From assembly GCF_006345805.1 (NCBI RefSeq), contig NC_043010.1, forward strand, positions 43,710,001 to 43,774,000: DNA of 64,000 nt, given 5' to 3'. The notes below the pieces were generated by a model. The model did not search any database, was not told the DNA's origin, and saw only the letters and a list, made by a program, of their open reading frames with translations. Made by a program: the position numbers and the translations under genes. Position 1 is the first letter of the stretch; each line of letters opens with the position of its first letter. The stretch is from Octopus sinensis. Lineage: Eukaryota. Positions 12,178 to 24,990 of the stretch are shown piece after piece.

Positions 12178-15100
12178 GTACTATGCTGCATTTCCTGCCC
12201 TGTCAACAGATTCCTCGCAGACCACACCTACTATAGGATCTCCTTCCACTGTAATTCCAGGCTCTGATAATTCAAATGTCTGGAAGAAAAAGCTTCAGCA
12301 GCAACAAGAACAGCAGCAGCAGCAACTGCAACAGCAGAAACAACAACAGCTGATGCAGCGTAAACGACAGTTTCACCAAGTAAAAGCTGATAAGAAATCA
12401 CATTACCAATCTGTCAGTGGTAATAATTGCAGTGGCACCTCTACATCAGTTAATTCCTGCACTAAAGAGAACAAATTTCAAACTAAGAGCAGACGGAATG
12501 GCAACATTCGTCGTAGGAATGACTCCACTATCCGGCTTGGTACTCGCAGCTCTCACACACACCATGGAAACAAAGAAAATGTCCATAAAAAAACAGAAAG
12601 CAGTAGTTTAACTACTCACTACAGTTCTGCTCGGAACAGGCACCATAATTCAGGTTTTTATCCACTACACATGGTTTCAATGAAGCAACCTCAGCAGCGA
12701 ACTGGATCAGGCAAGAGTAAGCTCTGCCGTGCTCTAACCTGTGATATGTCTGCGGAGATACAGCCTTTAACAAGTCACACTGTCACCCAACAACAGCAAC
12801 AGTTAGTTGGTGGCAGCGAGAACTTGAAACAAGGCCAATACTACCATAGAAAAATGGATAACTACAATAATTCAGATTATAAAAGCAGTATATGTTCTGA
12901 TAGAGAGGGTCAGAAATATTGTATAATTGTGGAGAATATTCTCAAAGATATTCTCCTCTCCTCCAATGAGAAACGTCCAGCTTTGGCAGCAGATAGAGAT
13001 CCATATTCCACCTCGCATACTTCGCACTGGCGAATGCAGGATCGACAATTTCAGCATGCATCGGGTGTCTTGAGTCAACAAGACATTCTGAGAAACCAAC
13101 TGGCTGTGAGATCAGTTGCACTGAATCAAACAGCTCCACAATCTATTTCGATTTTGGATCCTCCTTCACCCACAGGCTCATCCCCACTGTTTCTTCTCGA
13201 TGAAATCAACTACAGTTACTATGACCAAAGTTTTCGAGATATGAAATGGAGCAACGAGGAGATAAACCCAGTACCTAATATGGTTTGTGAAGCATTTCGT
13301 GAGGATGCCTCCTGGTATGAGAGCAACTTTGAAGACCCATTTGACACTGTGCGTTGCTCTCCTGTTGCATGCACTACAGTTGCTGAAGTACCTTCTATTA
13401 GTAGTATGGATTCTAGCAGTAAATTGCGTGCCCGACTTTATAAGAGGCACAGCTACCCACTTCCTTCACCATCATCATTAGATGATATTCAGTCTTTCAC
13501 TGAAAATAAGATTGATAATTTCTCTATGTTACTTGGCCCTTTTGTTGAAACCCAGCCGCCTATTTACCCAAGTGAAAAGGTTGACTCCTGCATGCTTTCA
13601 ACATCAAGCATGAGCAATGAGCCTGTTGGCAGTTTTTGCCATAGTAAACAAGTTGGTTCTCCAGTTGCTGAAAGTAATCAATGTGATAAAAATTTGACAG
13701 CTGTTACCAGTGAGAAATCAGGAAACAGTCCAATTAGTAATATGGTAACTTCAGGTCTGAATTGTACTAATGATGCTCTGTTAACTACAATGACCGATAC
13801 TAACCTGTGGTCAGCTGTAACACCCACTACTAGCAGCAGTTCTCAAACAGTTAGCTACACTTCACACATTGGTGAAAACCTTCCAAAGAGTCACCATAGT
13901 GCAAGTTGTTTGACCACTGAACCAAACATTGAAAGTGTATGGTCATTTCCGGGACATTTGCTTGTCGACATCCAACCACCTCAGCCAGCTACTGCAGTTA
14001 CAAGCATTGTACTCACACCCCAGTTACTTCTCACTGACTCTGAGCAGGGTTCTGTCCCAAAATCCTCAACAGCTGATGCCACTTTTACTACCACTTCAGC
14101 AACACCTTCACTGCTTTCCACTTTTACTTGTGCCACTAGCCACTCATATCTCAGCCCTAGACATCCATCGATCATCAGTGCGGAGAGTGGTAAAGTCAAT
14201 ACTTCTTCTGTCTGTTCTTCTACTGTCAACACTCCCTCATCAACTTCTCCTTGTTCTACATCATCACTGTCTCTAGTTGACCTCTCATATCTGACCCATA
14301 TTGCAGAATGTGACTCTAAAGATCCATCAAGTCTCAGTGAAAATATTTCAGTGTCCAATGATCAGAAGCCACTGAACGTTAACCGTCAAAATACTGAAGA
14401 AGACAGTGAAATATTAGACACTCTTTCTACATGTGCTGAATCACTACCAGGAAACACTTGGAAAGACACTGATATGCCAGCACCAATTCGTAGCCCTATA
14501 CTCACCCCTGGTCACTATCCTGATTTCTCGAGAGATAGTCAAACAACTGAAACTCCTGAAAACTATATGACTGCTATATACAACAAGTTAGATTCAAGTT
14601 TCTCAGCTGAACTTTTTGCCCAAGGAAGCCAGAAATGGCCTGAGCAATTAGTGTTTGATATGAGATTACTTTGGCAAGATCATCAACTGCAGTATAAGAA
14701 GGAAAGCTTTAGTAAACCTGACTCTATGCTATCAACTGTTGTTGATCCTGTAGATGGTAAGTCAATCAGTCTACCAGACTTCAGTATAATCAATCAGCTA
14801 TGGTGTAAAAATTGCAATGACAACAATATTGAGGAAGGCCTTGCAAATCCTGATGAATTTTTTACTAAAGGTAACTCTTTTTCTCAGTTGTGGAACATAA
14901 ACTGTCAAAAGCGGTTAACCATGTCCAGCCAGCCAATTCCTCAACACCGCCCATATTCCAATATTTGCTCTTACTCACCGCAACAGCTGAAGCATAACCC
15001 TTTTACGTTATTTCTACCAACTGTTGGTTCTGTAGCTGCCACATCTTCACTTAGTTCAAACTCGCCACCTAAGGTTGCCAGCTTGCCACCAATCTCTTCT

Positions 15101-18100
15101 TTTCTCCACGACAACACGTCTTTGTTCTCTCCTGTTTCCATCTTTCCTTCAGCTGCAGTAATTACCAACAGCAGCGGCAACAACAACAACAGCAGCAGTA
15201 GTAAACAGTTTAGTAACTGGGATTATTTCTGTTGTAACTATTATAGTTTCTACAGTTCTTCACCAACTGGCCCTTTCTACCATCAGCAAAGTTGGCCAGC
15301 CTCTTCCTCGTCTTTCTTCTCATCGCCTCTCCTTTCTCCTCCATTGAGCAATTCTAGTTTTATGTTTCCATTAGCATCTTGCGCCAGAGACTTTTACCCA
15401 GAAAAGCCTGTTATATCACTTCCTATCAAGGTTTTACCTACCACATTTGTTCCACATGCCATAGAGAGTGCCAAACATGAATATTCAGCTTTAGTTGATG
15501 TAAAAGATGATAATTTACCACCTCTACCTGGATGTGATAAAATGCAGGACACTTCAGAATTACCTGAATCTGATGCAACCACTAATCTTGAAAATAGAAG
15601 AAAATTCTCTGAAGTTCAAACTTCAACATTACCTTCCCCTCCTTCATCTGTTGTTTCCATTGTAACTTCTCCAGTGTCATCTTCAACTGTTTCATCAACT
15701 TCTCCATGTTTATTGTCTTCATCTCCATCTTCCTTGTTACAGACCTCTGTTATGGGTCCTTTTCAAGCTTCTGAATTGATTCCTTCTAAATGCTCTGCCT
15801 TTAAAGATGTAATTCCACGTAAACACACAGTAATGGCTGAGCTTTCTGAAACACTGGAAGACAACAAAAGTAAGTCTTTGGAAGAGGAGGAAGAATTGGT
15901 ACAACAATCCAGTCCAGTTATATCGCCTCATGAGATGTTATATTTTTCTCCCAGGACTCATTTTCGACCAATTAAGACCCCACCTGGTGTGGGTATTGGA
16001 CACAAAATTAGCCTGGATACTCTCAATGCAGTTGCTGCTGCAGATCTCTTGGTGACTGTTGGTTCAAATCATGCTAAATCACAAAGATTCATTCCTGAAA
16101 ATATTTCAGCAATGGCACCAATTCTTTATCAGCCTCCAGATCTGTTTGGAGGCCATCCCGAATGCCGATCACCTTATCAAGATTTCCACCAAGCAGAAAC
16201 TATTGAGAACAAAACAGAAAGTGTTCATCCCAAAATAGGATTTGTGCCAAAATTTCGCCTGCACAGGAATACAGATAAATACATTCAGACTGGAATGTCT
16301 CACAGCTCGCCACAAGAAGAGTCAAGATCAACACAATTTCACCTTACTTGTCAACAGCCTAATGAAAGTTTTGTAGATTATGATCTTGTAAAACTTGCTG
16401 AAGAGGTGTGTTCAGAAGATAACATTAGAGATTGCACTACTGCATCTGATGTTAGGCCATTGCCATCTGGTTTCGAGTCTGATTGCTACATGAGTCTTTG
16501 TACTCCACAGTATGGGGTTTCTGATGTAGGAGGTGCATTCAGTAGTTGTGAGAGAAATAAAATAAACACTGCAGCTAGTATCTGGAGTTATGACAATCAG
16601 TCAGAGTCTGCTGGCACCTCTTCAACACCTTCACCATGGGGCAGAGATAATATTGATAGTAGTACAACCAGTATATTGGGTTTAATGGCATCTGATGCTA
16701 AAAATCACTATCCAAAGACATGGAGTCGTGGGTCAGATGAAATACCAAATTGGACACCTGTAGCTGTAACTGAAGCAATAAACTGGACGCCAATTGCTCC
16801 ACATGATTCATGGCCAGTTGCTGTTTCATCTTCTACATCATCTTGTAGTTCTGCTGCATTGGATCCTGGCAACTGTATTCATGTATTTTCCCAGCCCTCA
16901 TCAATTGCAGATGATACACATAGGAACCCTGCTCTGAATATCAGTGGTCATGTGATTAAAGAGGAACAGTGGCCAAACAATCAAGGGAGTTCTAAATCAG
17001 TTTCAATGATGTCGAGTCACAATAGTCCTCTCAGTGGTATAGTGCCACCATTTAGTACAATCAGCAGTACAAATCACCTTTCAAAGATTCCCATATCAGA
17101 GGTAGTCTGTGCTAAGTCTGATTTATGGCAACAACAGCAGCAAAACACTTGGATAAATTCACAAAAAACACATACCTGGCAACCAGCATTACCTTTAAGT
17201 TCTGAAGCAGTTAACCCTACAATGTGGGACAGTAACGATGGGTGTGGAGATACAGGAGCTGACCACTGGATGCTGGAAAGTCCAGGTACAGAAGACTCAG
17301 ACTGGACATCAGAGACACTTGTACACAAGACATCTGGTAAACAAATGTGGCCTAAGCCAGAAGGTGTTATAAAGTCACAAAGTAGGGTAAATAAAGATTC
17401 ATCATCAACAAGCCTTCTGGGCAAGTCTTGGTCAGTGGATGACATCCAGACTGATGAACTGGACTGGTATTTCAGTGCAACATCTGCCATGAAAATAAAG
17501 GAAACAAACAAAGCTTTGATGGATGCAGCTAATAGCCAACAAGTCTGGGAAGGCAATTTATTGCAGTGCCCTGTTTCATGTGAGGACAACATCAATCGTG
17601 ATGTCTGGTTCAATAAACCACTCATCTGTACTCCAAAGCTTTCAACAGAGCAAAATGATTGGCCAAGAAGCAAAGACTGCACGCCTGAAACCTCTCTCTC
17701 TGCTTCGTCTTATTTAACTACTGACCCACTTCTAACACCATTGTCTCTTAGGAAATCAAATACATGGTTTGCTACCTCAGAGAAACCATGTTATTGGCCT
17801 GGGAAATATGGAAACGAGAACATGAATGAGGAAAACATGGCTAAAAAGTGGCTCTCTGTGCGGCCACATGAGATGTCTTATGACAAAATTACTAATCAAG
17901 GTTACCATGAAAATACAAATTGCAAGCCTGAAAATATTGGGGATGTTAAAGATATTGATATTTATAAAAAAAATGAAAATGATGTTAATAATGATAATAA
18001 AAATAAAGAATGTTGTAAAGATGTTGAAACTGATAATTTGGCTGAAGAATTATCAGCTCTAAATTGTGAAAGGATATTGAAAAAGACAGGAACTGAGTGG

Positions 18101-18439
18101 TTGTCTGAAAAATCCGATCATATAGACTGGACTTCTGTCAGAGACATGTCTGTGGCATTAAGCTGGCCAGCAGTTCCATCACAAGCATCAATCAGTTGTT
18201 CTGGTGACCATTGTCAGGAACCTCTCTTAAGGGGTTGGCTTAATAACTACACTTTAACTTCTAATAATGCAAATTTTAAGACAACCACAGTAGTTACTAC
18301 TGGAACTGAGAAGGTTGGACCATTAAACTGGGCTGAACCATGTTGTATGCAAAAGTCCACAGAGAAGTCCGCAAACAGTTTGACTTTGGATCAAACTGAT
18401 AAAACTTTAGCAGTCTCATCTAAAAAAGTTATGTCTTCG
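12178..18439 (+). CDS. KIAA0232: KIAA0232-like coding exon 4: giant 6262-nt exon, mostly low-complexity/disordered
   Basis: Acceptor ttttcattctctttaAG|G and donor TCG|GTAAGT (18440); phase 2 to 0. Contains the 2059-aa ORF. Motifs YYAAFPALS, FSPRTHFRPI and FVPKFRLHRNTDKYIQT match recalled human YYEAFPPLS, ISPRTHFRPI and FLPRLKKSGMEKSAQT. Confidence 0.92.
12291..12352 (+). repeat. Coding CAG/CAA poly-glutamine tract (KLQQQQEQQQQQLQQQKQQQL)
   Basis: Read directly in frame at the start of the giant exon. Confidence 0.85.
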
Positions 18440-19270
18440 GTAAGTAAAGTTCTTAAATGCTTTCAAAAGCTAGGTAGAAAGGAACTTCTTTGCTTTTCTA
18501 TTTGTTACTTTCTTAACATACATGTACATTAATATACATGTAACCATGCAAGCATGGAAAAGTAGGTGTTTAATGATAATGATGATATGTTTGATTTATA
18601 ACAAAATTACTAACCAAGGGTTACTATAGAAATAGAAATTACCATATGTTAATATGTATCTGTTCGAACGTGTATGGTAAGTTGAATGATCTTTATTGTT
18701 TTGTTATCTGTATATTTGCATTCACTATGAGGTTAACATTGTTGTTATATGTAGGATTATCATTTTAGTTTCTCCATTGCCTAACTCATCCTTTGGATTA
18801 ATGGTAATATTTATGTCCATTTATCCCAGCCCTTCCCAGCATTCATATATTGTTTTATTAATTTTAAATACTTCTGTTAAGTCATTTATGATCATACAAA
18901 GCATGCATATGCACATGCACTTATATTTTTATTCTCTTACTAATTTCAGCCTTTGCATTTGGCCATCCTGGCCTTCAAGGGTTTGGTTGATTATATGAAA
19001 TCTACACTGATTTCATTGTGATATCGTTTTATCTATCTCTGTTTATCAAACGGCTGAGTTAACTTTTGATGTAAAAGGGTGCAATTTGAAACTCTTTCAT
19101 TGGGAAACACATACACACACATTCATGATAGGCTTCAACATAGTTTACATCTACCAAATTCTGTTCAAGGTATTGGCCAACTTGAAGTTACAGTTGGAGA
19201 TACTTCTTCATTGTGTTACCAGAATCATGTGGTTTTGAAACAAACTTCTTGACCACAGTCCCCCTCCCCG

Positions 19271-19310
<40 letters not shown>

Positions 19311-19313
19311 TCT

Positions 19314-19350
<37 letters not shown>
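19271..19350. repeat. (CT)n microsatellite
   Basis: Seen directly. Confidence 0.9.
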
Positions 19351-19353
<3 letters not shown>

Positions 19354-19482
19354 ATAGATTTGTTGTAGGTTTGTGTTTAAGCAAAAGGAGTCATTATTAT
19401 TAATTTTATTGTTGTTATAACTATGGCAATAAAATTGTAGTGAGTTTAGTCTGTGCCCCAGTTTTTCTGCTAACACTTCAGC

Positions 19483-19690
19483 ATCATCGTTGTTTTATGT
19501 CCATCTTCCATGCTGGCATAGGTTGGACAGTTTGACAGGAGCTAGCCAGACAGGAGCCTGCACCAGACTTCTGTGTCTATCTTTGCAGGGTTTTTACGAC
19601 TGGATGCCCTTCCTAACACAAACCACTCAGCAGAGTTGACTGAGTGCTTTTTATGTGGCACAAGCACAAGCGAGGTCAGTTTTGGCAAAG
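19483..19690 (-). mobile_element. RTE 3'-end fragment
   Basis: CCATGCTGGCATAGGTTGGAC...CTGGATGCCCTTCCTAAC..AACCACTC block shared with the RTE 3' UTR. Confidence 0.7.
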
Positions 19691-20469
19691 TTTTTATAGC
19701 TAGATGCCCTTCCAAACACCAACCACTTTACAGTGTGGACTGGGTGGCATCAGCTCTGGCAGGGTCACCAAGTAACTTTAAAGATCCTTTGAGAGGGGAG
19801 GGGGCATTGGAGGAGGTGATCTTTTGTCAGATGATGAAAGGTTATAGTGAGACAGAGAGTCAGAAACAGGTGTCTTACTTAGAGTAGGTACATGGTTACC
19901 TGGCGAGAGAGAGAGAGAGATCAGGAATGAGGACAAAAACAGGTGTGCCATTGTAAAGGATACATGGTTGCTCAGTCTGAGGGAAGAGCAGGAGAAAGAG
20001 AGAGAGAATAGGAGACAGCAAGAGTGCAGGAAAGAGATGGTGGCAGAGTGTCGGGCATGCTCACAAGGGATGGGGGTCAGAATATAAATGGGATGGTTGA
20101 GTAAAGGAAGAGAGAGATATAGATGGTGGCAAATGCCAAGTCATACCCTTGAGGTGAATAGGGCCATGAGGACAGGATTGGAGAGTGAGAGGTAAGCATA
20201 GTGCATGAAAGAAGAGATGTAGTTTGACTTGTTTGGGTAGGGTATGTGAAAAGTTTTCTTGTTACATGTGGGTGGAACACAAGCGCTTCTAGAACTCAGT
20301 TTCACTGATATGGGCGGGTCTTCTCAAGGACTTCATATTGTCAGACATCTTGGTCCATTGTCGTTTCCTCTATGAGGTCCAACATCCTGAGATCGGAGAC
20401 ATGGGCTGAAGTGGTAAGGACCGATCTCAGGATGTTAGACCTTTCAAGGATCAGCTCTTCTTTATGCAG

Positions 20470-20735
20470 TTGTCTTCGTGGCCGTTGCCAGCGCCACCCC
20501 GACTGGCCTCATGCCAGTGGCACGTAAAAAGCACCATCCATTCGTGGCCGTTGCCAGCCTCGTCTGGCCCCCGTGCCGGTGGCATGTAAAAAGCACCCAC
20601 TACACTCACGGAGAAACAGCCCTAGAAACATTGCCAGATCAGACTGGGCCTGGTGCAACCTTCTGGCTTCCCAGACCCCAGTTGAACCGTCCAACCCATG
20701 CTAGCATGGAAAGTGGACGCTAAACGATGAATGAT
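20470..20735 (+). mobile_element. RTE 3' UTR/tail copy with ~2 units of the 61-bp repeat
   Basis: GCCAG..CTGGC/GTGCCGGTGGCA units, then AAGCACCCACTACACTC...ACCCATGCTAGCATGGAAAGTGGACGCTAAACGATG. Confidence 0.85.
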
Positions 20736-20739
20736 GATC

Positions 20740-21130
20740 ACATATCCAAACCATCAAAGTCTTCTCTCTTGCATGCTACATTTGATTCCTCTTATGCCCA
20801 ACTTTTCTCTCAATACATTTGCACTTTGTCATACATGCACACTGATGTTGCACATCCAACGGAGTATACTGCCTTCGTTTCTCTCCAGTCTACGCATGTC
20901 TTCGTTCAGAGCCCATGTCTCACATCCATGGAGTATAGCCATTTGTACACAAGCATTTTACAATCTACCCTTCATTCTGAGAGAGTCCTTTTGTTGGCAA
21001 CAGAGGTAATAGCTCTCTGAACTTCCTCTCTCCTATTCTTATTCTAGAAACAATACTTTCAGAGCATCCTCTACCATTGCTAATTTGGCCACCTAGATAA
21101 CAGAAACTATCTACAACCTCAAGAGAGGTT
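20740..21130 (-). mobile_element. Degenerate RTE RT C-terminal fragment
   Basis: Homologous to 35050-35450 (..GAAGTTCAGAGAGCTATTACCTCTGTTG.., ACATGGGCTCTGAAC..). Confidence 0.7.
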
Positions 21131-22089
21131 CCTGGGCATTTGAGAGAGACTAAATCTCATGTGCTCTTAGTGTTTATTGTTCCTGCACATCTGCCTCATA
21201 CGAAGACGACTTTATCTGTTAATCTACCTGCAATTCCACTGCATCTCTTACATGTTCATAGCTTACACTGGGCACTGTGAATGGAAATACTTCCAACTCC
21301 TTTCCTACATATTGAGCAGGGCCATTTACCTGACAGAAAGAGAGTCTTCTTTCTTGCTAACAACTTCTTCATAGTTAATGCTCTTAAAAGGCAAGTACAA
21401 TGTAGAAGTTTCCAATCACATGCTAAAGAAATGTTCTACTTTTCTTTCAATAATCTACTCTAAGAATTTCCACTATCTCTCAATTTTAAGTTCTCATCCT
21501 TTCAAACATGTAGACATATGGTTTGAAGTTGGAATGAACATAGACCAAGAACATTTAGGATAAACTAAATTACAAATATGAGCAAGTTAAGACTGCCAAT
21601 ATACAGTTAGTGGGACATAGAGACCAAGGAAGTCTTAACTGGGGTAGGTAAGAACAGTTAGACTTTGCAGCAAAAATGAGGAGAGAAAGGAAATACACTT
21701 AAATTTGTGCATACCTATCCAATTCATGCCAAATGTTAATAAAAAGATGGTGAAATATAATATGGGCTTGAATTAAAAGCAGTAAAGTTTTCATCTGTAT
21801 GGAATGTATTGACTGATCTTCCATTATCATTCTTTGTTTCTGTTTGCGCAATTTCAGTTAGATTCACCTATTATTTTCAGATGTTACGTAAAAAAAATAT
21901 GCACATACAAGTAAAGCATACAAACACTAACTTGTTTGTATTGAATCCTTTCAGTATGTTAGCAAGGTGTGTTTCAGATTTAATGTTCTTCTGATATATA
22001 TCAACCTCATTTTTTAAATGGTAGGTTGCCTTTGATACGAAAACTTTTAATTAAGAGAGCATGTCACAAGAGTAAGAAATTTTATCAGT

Positions 22090-22412
22090 AACAAATATAA
22101 CTGGTCCTCCATCTGTTACAATGATGAGGGTTCCAGTTGATCTGATCAATGGAACAGCCTGCTCATGGAATTAACATACAAGTGGCTTTGCACTCCACAA
22201 ACACGTGTACCCTTAACATAGCTTTTGGGGAGATTCAACATGATACAGAATGTGACAAAGCTGGCCCTTTGAAATACAGCCATTACTTATTTTTGCCCGT
22301 TGAGTGAACTGGAGCAGCATGCTCAAGGACACAATGTGCTGCCAGGAATTGAACTTATGATCTTGTGATCATGAGCCAATAACCTAACCACTGAGCCACC
22401 TGCTTTCACTTT
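22090..22412 (-). mobile_element. tRNA-derived SINE
   Basis: The minus strand reads GGTGGCTCAGTGGTTAGG (A box)...AGTTCAATTCC (B box)...TTGTGTCCTTGAGCA. Confidence 0.65.
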
Positions 22413-23049
22413 GACAAATAGGCCAACTAAAAATATGTTTATATAGAAACATTAAAAATTAAAAAGATGGTGTTAAATAGTCAAATAAGTGCACTGGATC
22501 TGTGTTCTTCAATTTTTTCTCTTAATCCTGTTTTTAATGGTACTAAGCTGCCAAACAGGTTGGTGAGGATTACATCAAATATGAAAGGCATACTATGAAA
22601 GTTTGTTTTAGGACAAATCAAGAGTCCCCACTACCAAACAACCAAAGCAAGTGCCCACAACCTACATGCTATGCTTACCACTCTCACATTTCAGGACATT
22701 TCCTCTCTCTCCTTCCTTCTTTCAAGTATTAATTGAAAAAATTGATGGAACCTTAACCAGAGAGGAAAAGCCCTAATGTCACTCCTTTCAATTCTTTCCA
22801 TCACACTGCCTCTTTTACTATAACTACCAGACAGGCAGAACAATCTTCCCAATAGACTAGGTTGGCAGACAGATCCATTCTAGTCATGAAGCAGTTATTT
22901 GATGTTAGTCAGCAATGAACAGACATTGAAGAATGATTTTATCACTCCCTGTGCATCTCACATGGGTCTGGCTGATGGCAGTACTCTGGTGGCCACTGCC
23001 AGGTCAGAGATTTTTGGAAGTTGTTAGTTTTGTGCTGAAAGTTATTCAA

Positions 23050-23420
23050 AAAAGACTTTTTGGTTGATTTTCATGGATAGTCTGATTCAGAACATTGCTA
23101 CTCATACTTAGCACTAACTCTCTATAGAATACGAGTGTTGACTTTCTGCTGTAAGCACCAGATGCCTGGTAGCAATGTTCAAAACTGTCAAAAGATTTAG
23201 CTTGATCAGAATATTGGAAATAATGATTAGTGGACACAGTGTGAGTACTCCTAGGAGCAGAAGTCTGTCACTGCAATTGAATAAGCAGAGGGTTTGAAAG
23301 TAGAACATCTGGGGAACAGTGGTTGAAGAGTATTGGCAAGAAACTTATTGCTAATCGGTTAAGTGGCCTTTTCTGTGGATGAGTTTAGGGAGAGTGCCTG
23401 TTAGTGAGTTACCCAAGTCT
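23050..23420 (-). mobile_element. Possible very degenerate CR1-like RT fragment
   Basis: PILFNHC...STNHY..S..AKSFDS...RKST loosely resemble CR1 RT motifs (LFN.CL, PSNYRPIS, K.FES, RST). Weak. Confidence 0.35.
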
Positions 23421-23789
23421 CCGGTAGAACCGGGTTTACTGAAACTATACTGGTGGTCTAAGATAGGGAGAGATAAATGGTGTTTGAGAATGTGAGTGTT
23501 CAAAGTGAGAGCAATAAATCATTAGTTGGTGGGTCAGTGATTTGGATTCCTATAAAGAGAAACTGAAGAGTTGGACTAGGATAAGGGCTTGATCTGAGGA
23601 ATATTGTTTCGGGTTTGGAAGGGACAAATGTGAGGTGCCCCAAACTCCTTTCACACTTATTTTGTATGTACATATAGTGATTAGCCTGATAGAAAATACC
23701 TGATATAAAGGTATTTTACCTAACTTGTGCATTTGGAAGTTAAGTGGGCAGTAACTGCAAAGGCTTTCTTCCCATAAGCACATTTTACC

Positions 23790-24990
23790 ATAAATTTATC
23801 AGAAGTTACATATTCAGTTTTTTTAATTCTTCCATCTTTTGAAAAGGCTTAACTCTAGGAAAATAACTGAAAGGTGTAGAATTGCTCTTGAACACTGTTC
23901 TTATATTAGCTAGACCTATGCTATAAAGGATAGAGAATTTGAGTGGACTCAGGTGGGTATTTCTTTTACAAATGATATACTGCTTGTATAAACATTATTT
24001 TCAGAGCAGATGATGGTTTAACCAGATGTTAATGGCCTCTGATGATACTTTATTTTGACATTTTAAGGATGATTGGACTTTAGATAGAAACCAGATGTTG
24101 ATTTTCTGTTTACAGATGTTTTGATACTTGCACACAAGCATCTTGGAATGATATTTAATTATTATTTTATTTCTTCATAATAAATTGTATAGATTCATAT
24201 AGAAGTCTATATATCGGCCCATAAGCTTTAGTCAATTTCCTGTTGTTGTCATTATCAGTGGTGGCTTGGGTATATCATCTATGCTATACACTTCACTTAT
24301 TCATAATGTATGTTCATGTCTATCTTTAAAAATATCAGCTATTACTGATGATAATGGAGAACCCATGTCATGTCTTCCAATTCTTGACATATTTCATATT
24401 CTAGTTGAAAATTAGCTGTTCTTGTCTACAATATCAATATTTCTATTACATTATCTTGCAAGAGTTCTTTTCATCAGTTACTATTTGTTTGGAGTGACAT
24501 ACTGAGGTTCTACATCTAACACTTGACATAAATGGTGTTCCTGTTTTGTGTTGTTGCATAAACTGTCAGTATTGCTTTTCAGAAAGATGGTTTTTGTACT
24601 GTTTCAGTAACCCTGATAATTGCAACTATGTAGTTAATATATGATCTTCTTTAGCCACTTATAGTTACTGTCTCTTATCACAACGGTTAGTTTGTTAGAG
24701 TAAGCCTTGATCATAACTAGGATCATTTCTCTTATCAGCTAGACGTATTATGGTACTACTGTTATCTTGTAGGGTTTAAGAGGGATGGCCTTCTTCAAAA
24801 CAAACTTTCCATTGTAGATTATCATTGTAACTCATTTTCATGGTTGCCTTCTTGATGGAAGCAGTGATGTTTAGATGAGAAATTCATTTGTGTTAACAAA
24901 ATTTACCTGTTTGTTTAACATGGATCTTCAATTTCTATTGGTTGTCTTTTGTTGATCATAATTCATGGTTTCAGATGACAAGTATTCTTA
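23790..24990 (-). mobile_element. Highly degenerate Penelope-like element (RT region)
   Basis: The minus strand carries, in the expected order, IIRLADK..ILVMIKAY, VLDVEPQY, MGSPLSSVIADIF (24328-24366), RYIDF and NIRTVFKSNS, all PLE-type RT motifs. Many stops and frameshifts. Confidence 0.65.

Noticed and set aside
13178-17931. Several antisense and alternate-frame ORFs within the giant exon
   Set aside because: Expected shadows of a long coding sequence.
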